Program-made: the position numbers and the translations under genes
NCBI GenBank assembly: GCA_964016885.1
Contig: OZ024744.1
Span: 135,036,001 to 135,100,000 of the forward strand
Direction of reading: 5' to 3'
Length of the DNA stretch: 64,000 bases
DNA from: Eledone cirrhosa
Taxonomy: Eukaryota
Notes under the pieces: generated by a model
What the model saw: only the letters and a program-made list of their open reading frames with translations
What the model was told of the DNA's origin: nothing
Databases searched by the model: none
Part shown: positions 36,501 to 50,100 of the stretch, in pieces
How positions within the stretch are numbered: the stretch's first letter is position 1
How the letters are laid out: every line of letters begins with the position of its first letter

Positions 36501-37470
36501 AGTTGGGGTTAAGTTAAGTTTGGGTTAAGTTGGGGTTAAATTAATTTGGGGTTAAGTTAAGTTGGGGTTTAGTTAAGTTGGGGTCAAGTTAAGTTGGGGT
36601 TAATTTAAGTTGGGGTTAAGTTAAGTTGCGGGTAATTTAAGTTGGGGTTAAGTTAAGTTGGGGTTAAGTTAAGGCGGGGTTAAGTTGAGTTGGGGTTGAG
36701 TTAATTTGGGGTTAACTTAAGTTGGGGGTACTTAAGGTGGGTTTAAGTTAAGTGGCGTTAAGTTAAGTTGGGGTTAAGTTAAGTTGGGGTTAAGTTAAGT
36801 TGGGGTTAAGTTAGGTTGTGGTTAAGTTAAGTTGGGGCTAAGTTAAGTTGGGGGTAAGTTAAGTTGCGGTTAATTTAAGTTGGGTCTAATTAAGTTGGGG
36901 TTAAGTTAAGTTGGGGTTAAGTTAAGTTGGGGTTGAGTTAATTTGGGGTTAACTTAAGTTGGGGGTACTTAAGTTGGGTTTAAGTTAAGTCGGGTTAAAT
37001 TAAGTTGGGGTTAAGTTAAGTTGGGGTTAAGTTAAGTTGGGGGTAAGTTAAGTTGGTGGTAAGTTAAGTTGGGGGTAAGTTAAGGTGGGGTTAAGTTAAG
37101 TTGGGGTTAAGTTAATTTGGGGTTAAGTTATGGTTAAGTTAAGTTGGGGTTGAGTTAATTAGGGGTTAAGTTAAGTTGGGGTTATGTTAAGTTGGGGTTA
37201 AGTTAAGTTGGGGTTAAGTTGAGTTGGGGTTCAGTTAAGTTGCGGTTAATTTAAGTAGGGGTTAAGTTAAGTTGGGGTTAATTTAAGTTGGGGTTAAGTT
37301 AAGTTGGGGTTAATTTAAGTTGGGGTTAAGTTAAGTTGGGGATAATTTAAGTTGGGGTTAAGTTAAGTTGGGGGTAAGTTAAGTTGGGGGTAAGTTAAGT
37401 TGGGGTTAATTTAAGTTGGGTCTAATTAAGTTGGGGTTAAGTTAAGTTGGGGTTAAGTTAAGTTGGGGTT
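27530..37470 (+). repeat. Further, more diverged copies of the ~7.5-kb higher-order repeat (period ~7.67 kb here)
   Basis: TTGCAG at 27815 and 35487 (offset 7672). The marker order TTGCAG, TTAGGATGTGG, TTGGCG, TTGTCG (32746) matches copies A and B. Confidence 0.8.
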
Positions 37471-40400
37471 GAGTTAATTTGGAGTTAAGTTAAGTTGGGG
37501 TTAAATTAAGTTGGAGTTAAGTTAAGTTGGGGTTAAGTTAAGTTGGGGTTAAGTTAAGTTGGGGGTAAGTTAAGTTGGGGTTAAGTTAAGTTGGGGGTAA
37601 GTTAAGTTGAGGGTAAGTTAAGTTGGGGTTAAGTTAAGTTGGGGGTAAGTTAAGTTGAGGGTAAGTTAAGTTGGGGTTAATTTAAGTTGGGTCAAATTAA
37701 GTTGGGGTTAAGTTAAGTTGGAGTTAAGTTAAGTTGGGGTTATATTAAGTTGGAGTTAAGTTAAGTTGGGGTTAAATTAAGTTGGAGTTAAGTTAAGTTG
37801 GGGTTAAGTTAAGTTGGGGTTAAGTTAAGTTGGGGGTAAGTTAAGTTGGTGGTAAGTTAAGTTGGGGGTAAGTTAAGATGGGGTTAAGTTAAGTTGGGGT
37901 TAAGTTAATTTGGGGTTAAGTTAGGGTTAAGTTAAGTTGGGTTGATTTAAGTTGGGGTTAAGTTAAGTTGGGGTTATGTTAAGTTGGGGTTAAGTTAAGT
38001 TGGGGTTAAGTTGAGTTGGGGTTCAGTTAAGTTGCGGTTAAGTTAAGTTGGGGTTAAGTTAAGTTGGGGTTAAGTTAAGTTGGGGTTACTTTAAGTTGGG
38101 GTTAAGTTAAGTTGGGGTTAAATTAAGTTGGGGTTAAGTTAAGTTGGTGTTAATTTAAGTTGGGGTTTATTTAAGTTGGGGTTATTTAAGTTGGGGTTAA
38201 GTTAAGTTGGGGTTAAGTTAAGTTGGGGTTAATTTAAGTTGGGGTTGAGTTAAATTGCGGTTAAGTTAAGTTGGGTTTATATTAAGTTGGGGTTAAGTTA
38301 AGTTGGGGTTAAGTTAAGTTGGGGTTAAGTTAAGTTGGGGTTAAGTTAAGTTGGGGCTGAGTTAAGTTGGGGCTGAGTTAAGTTGGGGTTAAGTTAAGTT
38401 GGGGTTGAGTTAAGTTGGGGTTAAGTTAAGTTGGGGTTAAGTTAAGTTGGGGTTAAGTTAAGTTGGGTTTAAGTTAAGTTGGGGTTTAGTTAAGTTGGGG
38501 TTCAGTTAAGTTGGGGTTAAGTTAAGTTTGGGTTAAGTTGGGGTTAAATTAATTTGGGGTTAAGTTAAGTTGGGGTTTAGTTAAGTTGGGGTTAAGTTAA
38601 GTTGGGGTTAATTTAAGTTGGGGTTAACTTAAGTTGCGGGTAATTTAAGTTGGGGTTAAGTTAAGTTGGGGTTAAGTTAAGTTGGGGTTAAGTTAAGTTG
38701 GGGTTAAGTTAAGTTGGGGGTAAGTTAAGTTGGGGGTAAGTTAAGTTGGGGGTAAGTTAAGTTGGGGTTAAGTTAATTTGGGGTTAAGTTAAGTTGGGGT
38801 TATGTTAAGTTGGGGATAAGTTAAGTTGCGGTTAAGTTAAATTGGGGTTAAGTTAAGTTGGGGAAAAGTTAAGTTGGGGTTAAGTTAAGTTGGGGTTAAG
38901 TTAGATTGTGGTTAAGTTAAGTTGGGGTTAAGTTAAGTTGGGGTTACGTTAAGGCGGGGTTAAGTTGAGTTGGGGTTGAGTTAATTTGGGGTTAACTTAA
39001 GTTGGGGGTACTTAAGGTGGGTTTAAGTTAAGTGGGGTTAAGTTAAGTTGGGGTTAAGTTAAGTTGGGGTTAAGTTAAGTTGGGGTTAAGTTAGGTTGTG
39101 GTTAAGTTAAGTTGGGGGTAAGTTAAGTTGGGGGTAAGTTAAGTTGGGGTTAATTTAAGTTGGGTGTAATTAAGTTGGGGTTAAGTTAAGTTGGGGTTAA
39201 GTTAAGTTGGGGTTGAGTTAATTTGGGGTTAACTTAAGTTGGGGGTACTTAAGTTGGGTTTAAGTTAAGTGGGGTTAAGTTAAGTTGGGGTTAAGTTAAG
39301 TTGGGGTTAAGTTAAGTTGGGGGTAAGTTAAGTTGGTGGTAAGTTAATTTGGGGGTAAGTTAAGATGGGGTTAAGTCAAGTTGGGGTTAAGTTAATTTGG
39401 GGTTAAGTTATGGTTAAGTTAAGTTGGGGTTGAGTTAAGTTGGGGTTAAGTTAAGTTGGGGTTAAGTTAAGTTGGGGTTAAGTTAAGTTGGGGTTAAGTT
39501 AAGTTGGGGGTAAGTTAAGTTGGGGTTAATTTAAGTTGGGTCTAATTAAGTTGGGGTTAAGTTAAGTTGGGGTTAAGTTAAGTTGGGGTTGAGTTAATTT
39601 GGAGTTAAGTTAAGTTGGGGTTAAATTAAGTTGGAGTTAAGTTAAGTTGGGGTTAAGTTAAGTTGGGGTTAAGTTAAGTTGGGGGTAAGTTAAGTTGGGG
39701 TTAAGTTAAGTTGGGGGTAAGTTAAGTTGAGGGTAAGTTAAGTTGGGGTTAAGTTAAGTTGGGGGTAAGTTAAGTTGAGGGTAAGTTAAGTTGGGGTTAA
39801 TTTAAGTTGGGTCAAATTAAGTTGGGGTTAAGTTAAGTTGGAGTTAAGTTAAGTTGGGGTTATATTAAGTTGGAGTTAAGTTAAGTTGGGGTTAAATTAA
39901 GTTGGAGTTAAGTTAAGTTGGGGTTAAGTTAAGTTGGGGTTAAGTTAAGTTGGGGGTAAGTTAAGTTGGTGGTAAGTTAAGTTGGGGGTAAGTTAAGATG
40001 GGGTTAAGTTAAGTTGGGGTTAAGTTAATTTGGGGTTAAGTTAGGGTTAAGTTAAGTTGGGTTGATTTAAGTTGGGGTTAAGTTAAGTTGGGGTTATGTT
40101 AAGTTGGGGTTAAGTTAAGTTGGGGTTAAGTTGAGTTGGGGTTCAGTTAAGTTGCGGTTAAGTTAAGTTGGGGTTAAGTTAAGTTGGGGTTAAGTTAAGT
40201 TGGGGTTACTTTAAGTTGGGGTTAAGTTAAGTTGGGGTTAAATTAAGTTGGGGTTAAGTTAAGTTGGTGTTAATTTAAGTTGGGGTTTATTTAAGTTGGG
40301 GTTAATTAAGTTGGGGTTAAGTTAAGTTGGGGTTAAGTTAAGTTGGGGTTAATTTAAGTTGGGGTTGAGTTAAATTGCGGTTAAGTTAAGTTGGGTTTAT

Positions 40401-41620
40401 ATTAAGTTGGGGTTAAGTTAAGTTGGGGTTAAGTTAAGTTGGGGTTAAGTTAAGTTGGGGTTAAGTTAAGTTGGGGCTGAGTTAAGTTGGGGCTGAGTTA
40501 AGTTGGGGTTAAGTTAAGTTGGGGTTGAGTTAAGTTGGGGTTAAGTTAAGTTGGGGTTAAGTTAAGTTGGGGTTAAGTTAAGTTGGGTTTAAGTTAAGTT
40601 GGGGTTTAGTTAAGTTGGGGTTCAGTTAAGTTGGGGTTAAGTTAAGTTTGGGTTAAGTTGGGGTTAAATTAATTTGGGGTTAAGTTAAGTTGGCGTTTAG
40701 TTAAGTTGGGGTTAAGTTAAGTTGGGGTTAATTTAAGTTGGGGTTAACTTAAGTTGCGGGTAATTTAAGTTGGGGTTAAGTTAAGTTGGGGTTAAGTTAA
40801 GTTGGGGTTAAGTTAAGTTGGGGTTAAGTTAAGTTGGGGGTAAGTTAAGTTGGGGGTAAGTTAAGTTGGGGGTAAGTTAAGTTGGGGTTAAGTTAACTTG
40901 GGGTTAAGTTAAGTTGGGGTTATGTTAAGTTGGGGATAAGTTAAGTTGCGGTTAAGTTAAATTGGGGTTAAGTTAAGTTGGGGAAAAGTTAAGTTGGGGT
41001 TAAGTTAAGTTGGGGTTAAGTTAGATTGTGGTTAAGTTAAGTTGGGGTTAAGTTAAGTTGGGGTTACGTTAAGGCGGGGTTAAGTTGAGTTGGGGTTGAG
41101 TTAATTTGGGGTTAACTTAAGTTGGGGGTACTTAAGGTGGGTTTAAGTTAAGTGGGGTTAAGTTAAGTTGGGGTTAAGTTAAGTTGGGGTTAAGTTAAGT
41201 TGGGGTTAAGTTAGGTTGTGGTTAAGTTAAGTTGGGGGTAAGTTAAGTTGGGGGTAAGTTAAGTTGGGGTTAATTTAAGTTGGGTGTAATTAAGTTGGGG
41301 TTAAGTTAAGTTGGGGTTAAGTTAAGTTGGGGTTGAGTTAATTTGGGGTTAACTTAAGTTGGGGGTACTTAAGTTGGGTTTAAGTTAAGTGGGGTTAAGT
41401 TAAGTTGGGGTTAAGTTAAGTTGGGGTTAAGTTAAGTTGGGGGTAAGTTAAGTTGGTGGTAAGTTAATTTGGGGGTAAGTTAAGATGGGGTTAAGTCAAG
41501 TTGGGGTTAAGTTAATTTGGGGTTAAGTTATGGTTAAGTTAAGTTGGGGTTGAGTTAAGTTGGGGTTAAGTTAAGTTGGGGTTAAGTTAAGTTGGGGTTA
41601 AGTTAAGTTGGGGTTAAGTT
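37380..41620 (+). repeat. 2120-bp tandem duplication nested in the first 9786-bp copy
   Basis: TTAATTTGGAG at ~37481/39601 and GGGGAAAAG at 38864/40984, both offset 2120. Confidence 0.9.
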
Positions 41621-44600
41621 AAGTTGGGGTTAAGTTAAGTTGGGGTTAAGTTAAGTTGGGGTTAAGTTAAGTTGGTGTTAAGATAAGTTGGGGTAAATTT
41701 AAGTTGGGGTTAAGTTAAGTTGGGGTTAAGTTAAGTTGGGGTTAAGTTAAGTTGGGGTTAAGTTAAGTTGGGGTTAAATTAAGTTGGGGTTAAGTTAATT
41801 TAGGGTTAAGTTATGGTTAAGTTAAGTTGGGGTTGAGTTAAGTTGGGGTTAAGTTAAGTTGGGGTTATGTTAAGATGGGGTTAAGTTAAGTTGGAGTTAA
41901 GTTGAGTTGGGGTTCAGTTAAGTTGCGGTTAATTTAAGTTGGGGTTAAGTTAAGTTGGGGTTAAGTTAAGTTGGGGTTAAGTTAAGTTGGGGTTAATTTA
42001 AGTTGGGGTTAAGTTAAGTTGGGGTTAAGTTAAGTTGGGGTTAATTTAAGTTGGGGTTAAGTTAAGTTGGGGTTAAATTAAGTTGGGGTTAAGTTAAGTT
42101 GGGGTTAAGTTAAGTTGGGGTTAAATTAAGTTGGGGTTAAAGTAAGTTGGAGTTAAGTTAAGTTGGGGGTAAGTTAAGTTGGGGGCAAGTTAAGTTGGGG
42201 TTAAGTTAAGTTGGGGTTAAATTAAGTTGGGGTTAAGTTAAGTTGGGGTTAAGTTAAGTTGGGGTTAAGTTAAGTTGGGGTTAAGTTAAATTGGCGTTAA
42301 GTTAAGTTGGGGTAAAGTTAAGTTGGGGTTAATTTAAGTTGGGGTTAAGTTAAGGCGGGTTTAAGTTGAGTTGGGGTTAAGTTAAGTTGGGGTTAAGTTA
42401 AGTTGGGTTGAGTTAATTTGGGGTTAACTTAAGTTGGGGGTACTTAAGTTGGGTTTAAGTTAAGTGGGGTTAAGTTAAGTTGGGGTTAAGTTAAGTTGGG
42501 GTTAAGTTAAGTTGGGGTTAAGTTAGGTTGTCGTTAAGTTAAGTTGGGGGTAAGTTAAGTTGGGTGTAAGTTAAGTTGGGGTTAATTTAAGTTGGGTCTA
42601 ATTAAGTTGGGGTTAAGTTAAGTTGGGGTTAAGTTAAGTTGGGGTTGAGTTAATTTGGGGTTAACTTAAGTTGGGGGTACTTAAGTTGGGTTTAAGTTAT
42701 GTGGGGTTAAGTTAAGTTGGGGTTAAGTTAAGTTGGGGTTAAGTTAAGTTGGGGGTAAGTTAAGTTGGGGTTGAGTTAATTTGGGGTTAAGTTAAGTTGG
42801 GGTTATGTTAAGTTGGGGTTAAGTTAAGTTGGGGTTAAGTTGAGTTGGGGTTCAGTTAAGTTGCGGTTAATTTAAGTAGGGGTTAAGTTAAGTTGGGGTT
42901 AATTTAAGTTGGGGTTAAGTTAAGTTGGGCTTAATTTAAGTTGGGGTTAAGTTAAGTTGGGGTTAAGTTAAGTTGGGGCTAAGTTAAGTTGGGGTTAAGT
43001 TAAGTTGGGGTTAAATTAAATTGGGGTTAAGTTAAGTTGGGGTTAAGTTAAGTTGGGGTTAAGATAAGTTGGGGTTAAGTTAAGTTGGGGTTGAGTTAAG
43101 TTGGAGTTGAGTTAATTTGGGGTTAACTTAAGTTGGGGGTACTTAAGTTGGGTTTAAGTTAAGTGGGGTTAAGTTAAGTTGGGGTTAAGTTAAGTTGGGG
43201 TTAAGTTAAGTTGGGGTTAAGTTAGGTTGTGGTTAAGTTAAGTTGGGGGTAAGTTAAGTTGGGGGTAATTTAAGTTGGGGTTAATTTAAGTTGGGTCTAA
43301 TTAAGTTGGGGTTAAGTTAAGTTGGGGTTAAGTTAAGTTGGGGTTAAATTAAGTTGGGGTTAAGTTAAGTTGAGGTTAAATTAAGTTGGGGTTAAGTTAA
43401 GTTGGGGTTAAGTTAAGTTGGGGTTAAGTTAAGTTGGGGTTAAATTAAGTTGGGGTTAAATTAAGTTGGGGTTAAGTTAAGTTGGGGGTAAGTTTAGTTG
43501 GGGGCAAGTTAAGTTGGGGTTAAGTTAAGTTGGGGTTAAATTAAGTTGGGGTTAAGTTAAGTTGGTGTTAAGTTAAGTTGGGGTTTATTTAAGTTGGGGT
43601 TAATTAAGTTGGGGTTAAGTTAAGTTGGGGTTAAGTTAAGTTGGGGTTAATTTAAGTTGGGGTTGAGTTAAGTTGGGGTTAAGTTAAGTTGGGGTTAAGT
43701 TAAGTTGGTGTTAAGTTAAGTTGGGGCTAAGTTAAGTTGGGGCTGAGTTAAGTTGGGGCTGAGTTAAGTTGGGGTTAAGTTAAGTTGGGGTTGAGTTAAG
43801 TTGGGGTTAAGTTAAGTTGGGGTTAAGTTAAGTTGGGGTTTAGTTAAGTTGGGGTTCAGTTAAGTTGGGGTTAAGTTAAGTTTGGGTTAAGTTGGGGTTA
43901 AATTAAGTTGGGGTTAAGTTAGGTTGGGGTTATGTTAAGTTGGGGTTAAGTTAAGTTGCGGTTAAGTTAAGTTGGGGTTAAGTTAAGTTGGGGTTAATTT
44001 AACTTGGGGTTAAGTTAAGTTGGGGTTAAGTTAAGTTGGGGTTAAGTTAAGTTGGGGTTAATTTAAGTTGGGGTTAAGTTAAGGCGGGGTTAAGTTGAGT
44101 TGGGGTTAAGTTAAGTTGGGGTTAAGTTAAGTTGGGGTTGAGTTAATTTGGGCTTAACTTAAGTTGGGGGTACTTAAGTTGGGTTTAAGTTAAGTGGGGT
44201 TCAGTTAAGTTGGGGTTCAGTTAAGTTGGGGTTAAGTTAAGTTGGGGTTAAGTTAGGTTGTGGTTAAGTTAAGTTGGGGTTAAGTTAAGTTGGGGGTAAG
44301 TTAAGTTGGTGGTAAGTTAAGTTGGGGGTAAGTTAAGATGGGGTTAAGTTAAGTTGGGGTTAAGTTAATTTGGGGTTAAGTTAGGGTTAAGTTAAGTTGG
44401 GGTTGAGTTAAGTTGGGGTTAAGTTAAGTTGCGGTTACGTTAATTTGGGGTTAAGTTAAGTTGGGGTTAAGTTGAGTTGGGGTTCAGTTAAGTTGCGGTT
44501 AAGTTAAGTTGGGGTTAAGTTAAGTTGAGGTTAAGTTAAGTTGGGGTTACTTTAAGTTGGGGTTAAGTTAAGTTGGGGTTAAGTTAAGTTGGGGTTAAGT

Positions 44601-47165
44601 TAAGTTGGGGTTAAGTTAAGTTGCGGTTAAATTAAGTTGGGGTTAAGTTAATTTGGGGTTAAGTTAAGTTGGGGTTAAGATAAGTTGGGGTTAAGTTAAG
44701 TTGGGGTTGAGTTAAGTTGGGGTTGAGTTAATTTGGGGTTAACTTAAGTTGGGGGTACTTAAGTTGGGTTTAAGTTAAGTGGGGTTAAGTTAAGTTGGGG
44801 TTAAGTTAAGTTGGTGTTAAGTTAAGTTGGGGCTGAGTTAAGTTGGGGCTGAGTTAAGTTGGGGTTAAGTTAAGTTGAGGTTGAGTTAAGTTGGGGTTAA
44901 ATTAAGTTGGGGTTAAGTTAAGTTGGGGTTAAGTTAAGTTGGGGTTAAGTTAAGTTGGGGTTGAGATAAGTTGGGGTTAAGTTAAGTTGGGGTTAAGTTA
45001 AGTTGGGGTTCAGTTAAGTTGGGGTTAAGTTATGTTGGGGTTAAGATGGGGTTAAATTAAGTTGGGGTTAAGTTAAGTTGGGGTTAAGTTAAGTCGGGGT
45101 TAAGTTAAGTTGGGGTTAAGTTAAGTTAGGGTTAAGTTAAGTTGGAGTTAAGTTAAGTTGGGGTTGAGTTAAGTTGGGGTTGAGTTAAATTGGGGTGGAG
45201 TTAAGTTGGGGTTGAGTTAAGTTGGTGTTGAGTTAAGTTGGGGTTAACTTAAGTTGGGGTTAAGTTAAGTTGCAGTTAAGTTAAGTTGAGTTTAAGTTAA
45301 GTTGGGGCTAAGTTAAGTTGGGGCTAAGTTAAGTTGGGGCTAAGTTAAGTTGGGGCTAAGTTAAGTTGGGGTTCAGTTAAGTTGGTGTTAAGTTAAGTTT
45401 GGGTTAAGTTGGGGTTAAATGAAGTTGGGGTTAAGTTAAGTTGGGGTTTAGTTAAGTTGGGGTTAAGTTAAGTTGGGGTTAATTTAAGTTGGGGTTAAGT
45501 TAAGTTGGGGTTAAGTTAAGTGGTGGTTATGTTAAGTTGGGGTTAAGTTAAGTTGGGGTTAATTTAAATTGGGGTTAAGTTAATTTTGTGGTTAAGTTAA
45601 GTTGGGGTTAAGTTAAGTCGGGGTTAAGTTAATTTGGGGTTGAGTTAAGTTGGGGTTAATTTAAGTTGGGGCTAAGTTAATTTGTGGTTAAGTTAAGTTG
45701 GGGTTAAGTTAAGTTGGGGTTAAGTTAAGTTGGGGTTGAGTTAAGTTGGGGTTGAGTTAATTTAGGGTTAAGTTAAGTTGGGGTTAAGTTAAGTTGGGTT
45801 TAAGTTAAGTTGGGGTTAAATTAAGATGGGGTTAAATTAAGTTGGGGTTAAGTTAAGTTGGGGGCAAGTTAAGTTGGGGTTAATTTAAGTTGGGGTTAAA
45901 TTAAGTTGGGGTTAAGTTAAGTTGGTGTTAATTTAAGTTGGGGTTTATTTAAGTTGGGGTTAATTAAGTTGGGGTTAAGTTAAGTTGGGGTTAAGTTAAG
46001 TTGGGGTTAATTTAAGTTGGGGTTGAGTTAAGTTGCGGTTAAGTTAAGTTGGGTTTATATTAAGTTGGGGTTAAGTTAAGTTGGGGTTAAGTTAAGTTAG
46101 GGTTAAGTTAAGTTGGGGTTAAGTTAAGTTGGGGCTGAGTTAAGTTGGGGCTGAGTTAAGTTGGGGTTAAGTTAAGTTGGGGTTGAGTTAAGTTGGGGTT
46201 AAGTTAAGTTGGGGTTAAGTTAAGTTGTGGTTAAGTTAAGTTGGGTTTAAGTTAAGTTGGGGTTTAGTTAAGTTGGGGTTCAGTTAAGTTGGGGTTAAGT
46301 TAAGTTTGGGTTAAGTTGGGGTTAAATTAATTTGGGGTTAAGTTAAGTTGGGGTTTAGTTAAGTTGGGGTCAAGTTAAGTTGGGGTTAATTTAAGTTGGG
46401 GTTAAGTTAAGTTGCGGGTAATTTAAGTTGGGGTTAAGTTAAGTTGGGGTTAAGTTAAGGCGGGGTTAAGTTGAGTTGGGGTTGAGTTAATTTGGGGTTA
46501 ACTTAAGTTGGGGGTACTTAAGGTGGGTTTAAGTTAAGTGGCGTTAAGTTAAGTTGGGGTTAAGTTAAGTTGGGGTTAAGTTAAGTTGGGGTTAAGTTAG
46601 GTTGTGGTTAAGTTAAGTTGGGGCTAAGTTAAGTTGGGGGTAAGTTAAGTTGCGGTTAATTTAAGTTGGGTCTAATTAAGTTGGGGTTAAGTTAAGTTGG
46701 GGTTAAGTTAAGTTGGGGTTGAGTTAATTTGGGGTTAACTTAAGTTGGGGGTACTTAAGTTGGGTTTAAGTTAAGTCGGGTTAAATTAAGTTGGGGTTAA
46801 GTTAAGTTGGGGTTAAGTTAAGTTGGGGGTAAGTTAAGTTGGTGGTAAGTTAAGTTGGGGGTAAGTTAAGGTGGGGTTAAGTTAAGTTGGGGTTAAGTTA
46901 ATTTGGGGTTAAGTTATGGTTAAGTTAAGTTGGGGTTGAGTTAATTAGGGGTTAAGTTAAGTTGGGGTTATGTTAAGTTGGGGTTAAGTTAAGTTGGGGT
47001 TAAGTTGAGTTGGGGTTCAGTTAAGTTGCGGTTAATTTAAGTAGGGGTTAAGTTAAGTTGGGGTTAATTTAAGTTGGGGTTAAGTTAAGTTGGGGTTAAT
47101 TTAAGTTGGGGTTAAGTTAAGTTGGGGATAATTTAAGTTGGGGTTAAGTTAAGTTGGGGGTAAGT

Positions 47166-50100
47166 TAAGTTGGGGGTAAGTTAAGTTGGGGTTAATTTAA
47201 GTTGGGTCTAATTAAGTTGGGGTTAAGTTAAGTTGGGGTTAAGTTAAGTTGGGGTTGAGTTAATTTGGAGTTAAGTTAAGTTGGGGTTAAATTAAGTTGG
47301 AGTTAAGTTAAGTTGGGGTTAAGTTAAGTTGGGGTTAAGTTAAGTTGGGGGTAAGTTAAGTTGGGGTTAAGTTAAGTTGGGGGTAAGTTAAGTTGAGGGT
47401 AAGTTAAGTTGGGGTTAAGTTAAGTTGGGGGTAAGTTAAGTTGAGGGTAAGTTAAGTTGGGGTTAATTTAAGTTGGGTCAAATTAAGTTGGGGTTAAGTT
47501 AAGTTGGAGTTAAGTTAAGTTGGGGTTATATTAAGTTGGAGTTAAGTTAAGTTGGGGTTAAATTAAGTTGGAGTTAAGTTAAGTTGGGGTTAAGTTAAGT
47601 TGGGGTTAAGTTAAGTTGGGGGTAAGTTAAGTTGGTGGTAAGTTAAGTTGGGGGTAAGTTAAGATGGGGTTAAGTTAAGTTGGGGTTAAGTTAATTTGGG
47701 GTTAAGTTAGGGTTAAGTTAAGTTGGGTTGATTTAAGTTGGGGTTAAGTTAAGTTGGGGTTATGTTAAGTTGGGGTTAAGTTAAGTTGGGGTTAAGTTGA
47801 GTTGGGGTTCAGTTAAGTTGCGGTTAAGTTAAGTTGGGGTTAAGTTAAGTTGGGGTTAAGTTAAGTTGGGGTTACTTTAAGTTGGGGTTAAGTTAAGTTG
47901 GGGTTAAATTAAGTTGGGGTTAAGTTAAGTTGGTGTTAATTTAAGTTGGGGTTTATTTAAGTTGGGGTTATTTAAGTTGGGGTTAAGTTAAGTTGGGGTT
48001 AAGTTAAGTTGGGGTTAATTTAAGTTGGGGTTGAGTTAAATTGCGGTTAAGTTAAGTTGGGTTTATATTAAGTTGGGGTTAAGTTAAGTTGGGGTTAAGT
48101 TAAGTTGGGGTTAAGTTAAGTTGGGGTTAAGTTAAGTTGGGGCTGAGTTAAGTTGGGGCTGAGTTAAGTTGGGGTTAAGTTAAGTTGGGGTTGAGTTAAG
48201 TTGGGGTTAAGTTAAGTTGGGGTTAAGTTAAGTTGGGGTTAAGTTAAGTTGGGTTTAAGTTAAGTTGGGGTTTAGTTAAGTTGGGGTTCAGTTAAGTTGG
48301 GGTTAAGTTAAGTTTGGGTTAAGTTGGGGTTAAATTAATTTGGGGTTAAGTTAAGTTGGGGTTTAGTTAAGTTGGGGTTAAGTTAAGTTGGGGTTAATTT
48401 AAGTTGGGGTTAACTTAAGTTGCGGGTAATTTAAGTTGGGGTTAAGTTAAGTTGGGGTTAAGTTAAGTTGGGGTTAAGTTAAGTTGGGGTTAAGTTAAGT
48501 TGGGGGTAAGTTAAGTTGGGGGTAAGTTAAGTTGGGGGTAAGTTAAGTTGGGGTTAAGTTAATTTGGGGTTAAGTTAAGTTGGGGTTATGTTAAGTTGGG
48601 GATAAGTTAAGTTGCGGTTAAGTTAAATTGGGGTTAAGTTAAGTTGGGGAAAAGTTAAGTTGGGGTTAAGTTAAGTTGGGGTTAAGTTAGATTGTGGTTA
48701 AGTTAAGTTGGGGTTAAGTTAAGTTGGGGTTACGTTAAGGCGGGGTTAAGTTGAGTTGGGGTTGAGTTAATTTGGGGTTAACTTAAGTTGGGGGTACTTA
48801 AGGTGGGTTTAAGTTAAGTGGGGTTAAGTTAAGTTGGGGTTAAGTTAAGTTGGGGTTAAGTTAAGTTGGGGTTAAGTTAGGTTGTGGTTAAGTTAAGTTG
48901 GGGGTAAGTTAAGTTGGGGGTAAGTTAAGTTGGGGTTAATTTAAGTTGGGTGTAATTAAGTTGGGGTTAAGTTAAGTTGGGGTTAAGTTAAGTTGGGGTT
49001 GAGTTAATTTGGGGTTAACTTAAGTTGGGGGTACTTAAGTTGGGTTTAAGTTAAGTGGGGTTAAGTTAAGTTGGGGTTAAGTTAAGTTGGGGTTAAGTTA
49101 AGTTGGGGGTAAGTTAAGTTGGTGGTAAGTTAATTTGGGGGTAAGTTAAGATGGGGTTAAGTCAAGTTGGGGTTAAGTTAATTTGGGGTTAAGTTATGGT
49201 TAAGTTAAGTTGGGGTTGAGTTAAGTTGGGGTTAAGTTAAGTTGGGGTTAAGTTAAGTTGGGGTTAAGTTAAGTTGGGGTTAAGTTAAGTTGGGGGTAAG
49301 TTAAGTTGGGGTTAATTTAAGTTGGGTCTAATTAAGTTGGGGTTAAGTTAAGTTGGGGTTAAGTTAAGTTGGGGTTGAGTTAATTTGGAGTTAAGTTAAG
49401 TTGGGGTTAAATTAAGTTGGAGTTAAGTTAAGTTGGGGTTAAGTTAAGTTGGGGTTAAGTTAAGTTGGGGGTAAGTTAAGTTGGGGTTAAGTTAAGTTGG
49501 GGGTAAGTTAAGTTGAGGGTAAGTTAAGTTGGGGTTAAGTTAAGTTGGGGGTAAGTTAAGTTGAGGGTAAGTTAAGTTGGGGTTAATTTAAGTTGGGTCA
49601 AATTAAGTTGGGGTTAAGTTAAGTTGGAGTTAAGTTAAGTTGGGGTTATATTAAGTTGGAGTTAAGTTAAGTTGGGGTTAAATTAAGTTGGAGTTAAGTT
49701 AAGTTGGGGTTAAGTTAAGTTGGGGTTAAGTTAAGTTGGGGGTAAGTTAAGTTGGTGGTAAGTTAAGTTGGGGGTAAGTTAAGATGGGGTTAAGTTAAGT
49801 TGGGGTTAAGTTAATTTGGGGTTAAGTTAGGGTTAAGTTAAGTTGGGTTGATTTAAGTTGGGGTTAAGTTAAGTTGGGGTTATGTTAAGTTGGGGTTAAG
49901 TTAAGTTGGGGTTAAGTTGAGTTGGGGTTCAGTTAAGTTGCGGTTAAGTTAAGTTGGGGTTAAGTTAAGTTGGGGTTAAGTTAAGTTGGGGTTACTTTAA
50001 GTTGGGGTTAAGTTAAGTTGGGGTTAAATTAAGTTGGGGTTAAGTTAAGTTGGTGTTAATTTAAGTTGGGGTTTATTTAAGTTGGGGTTAATTAAGTTGG

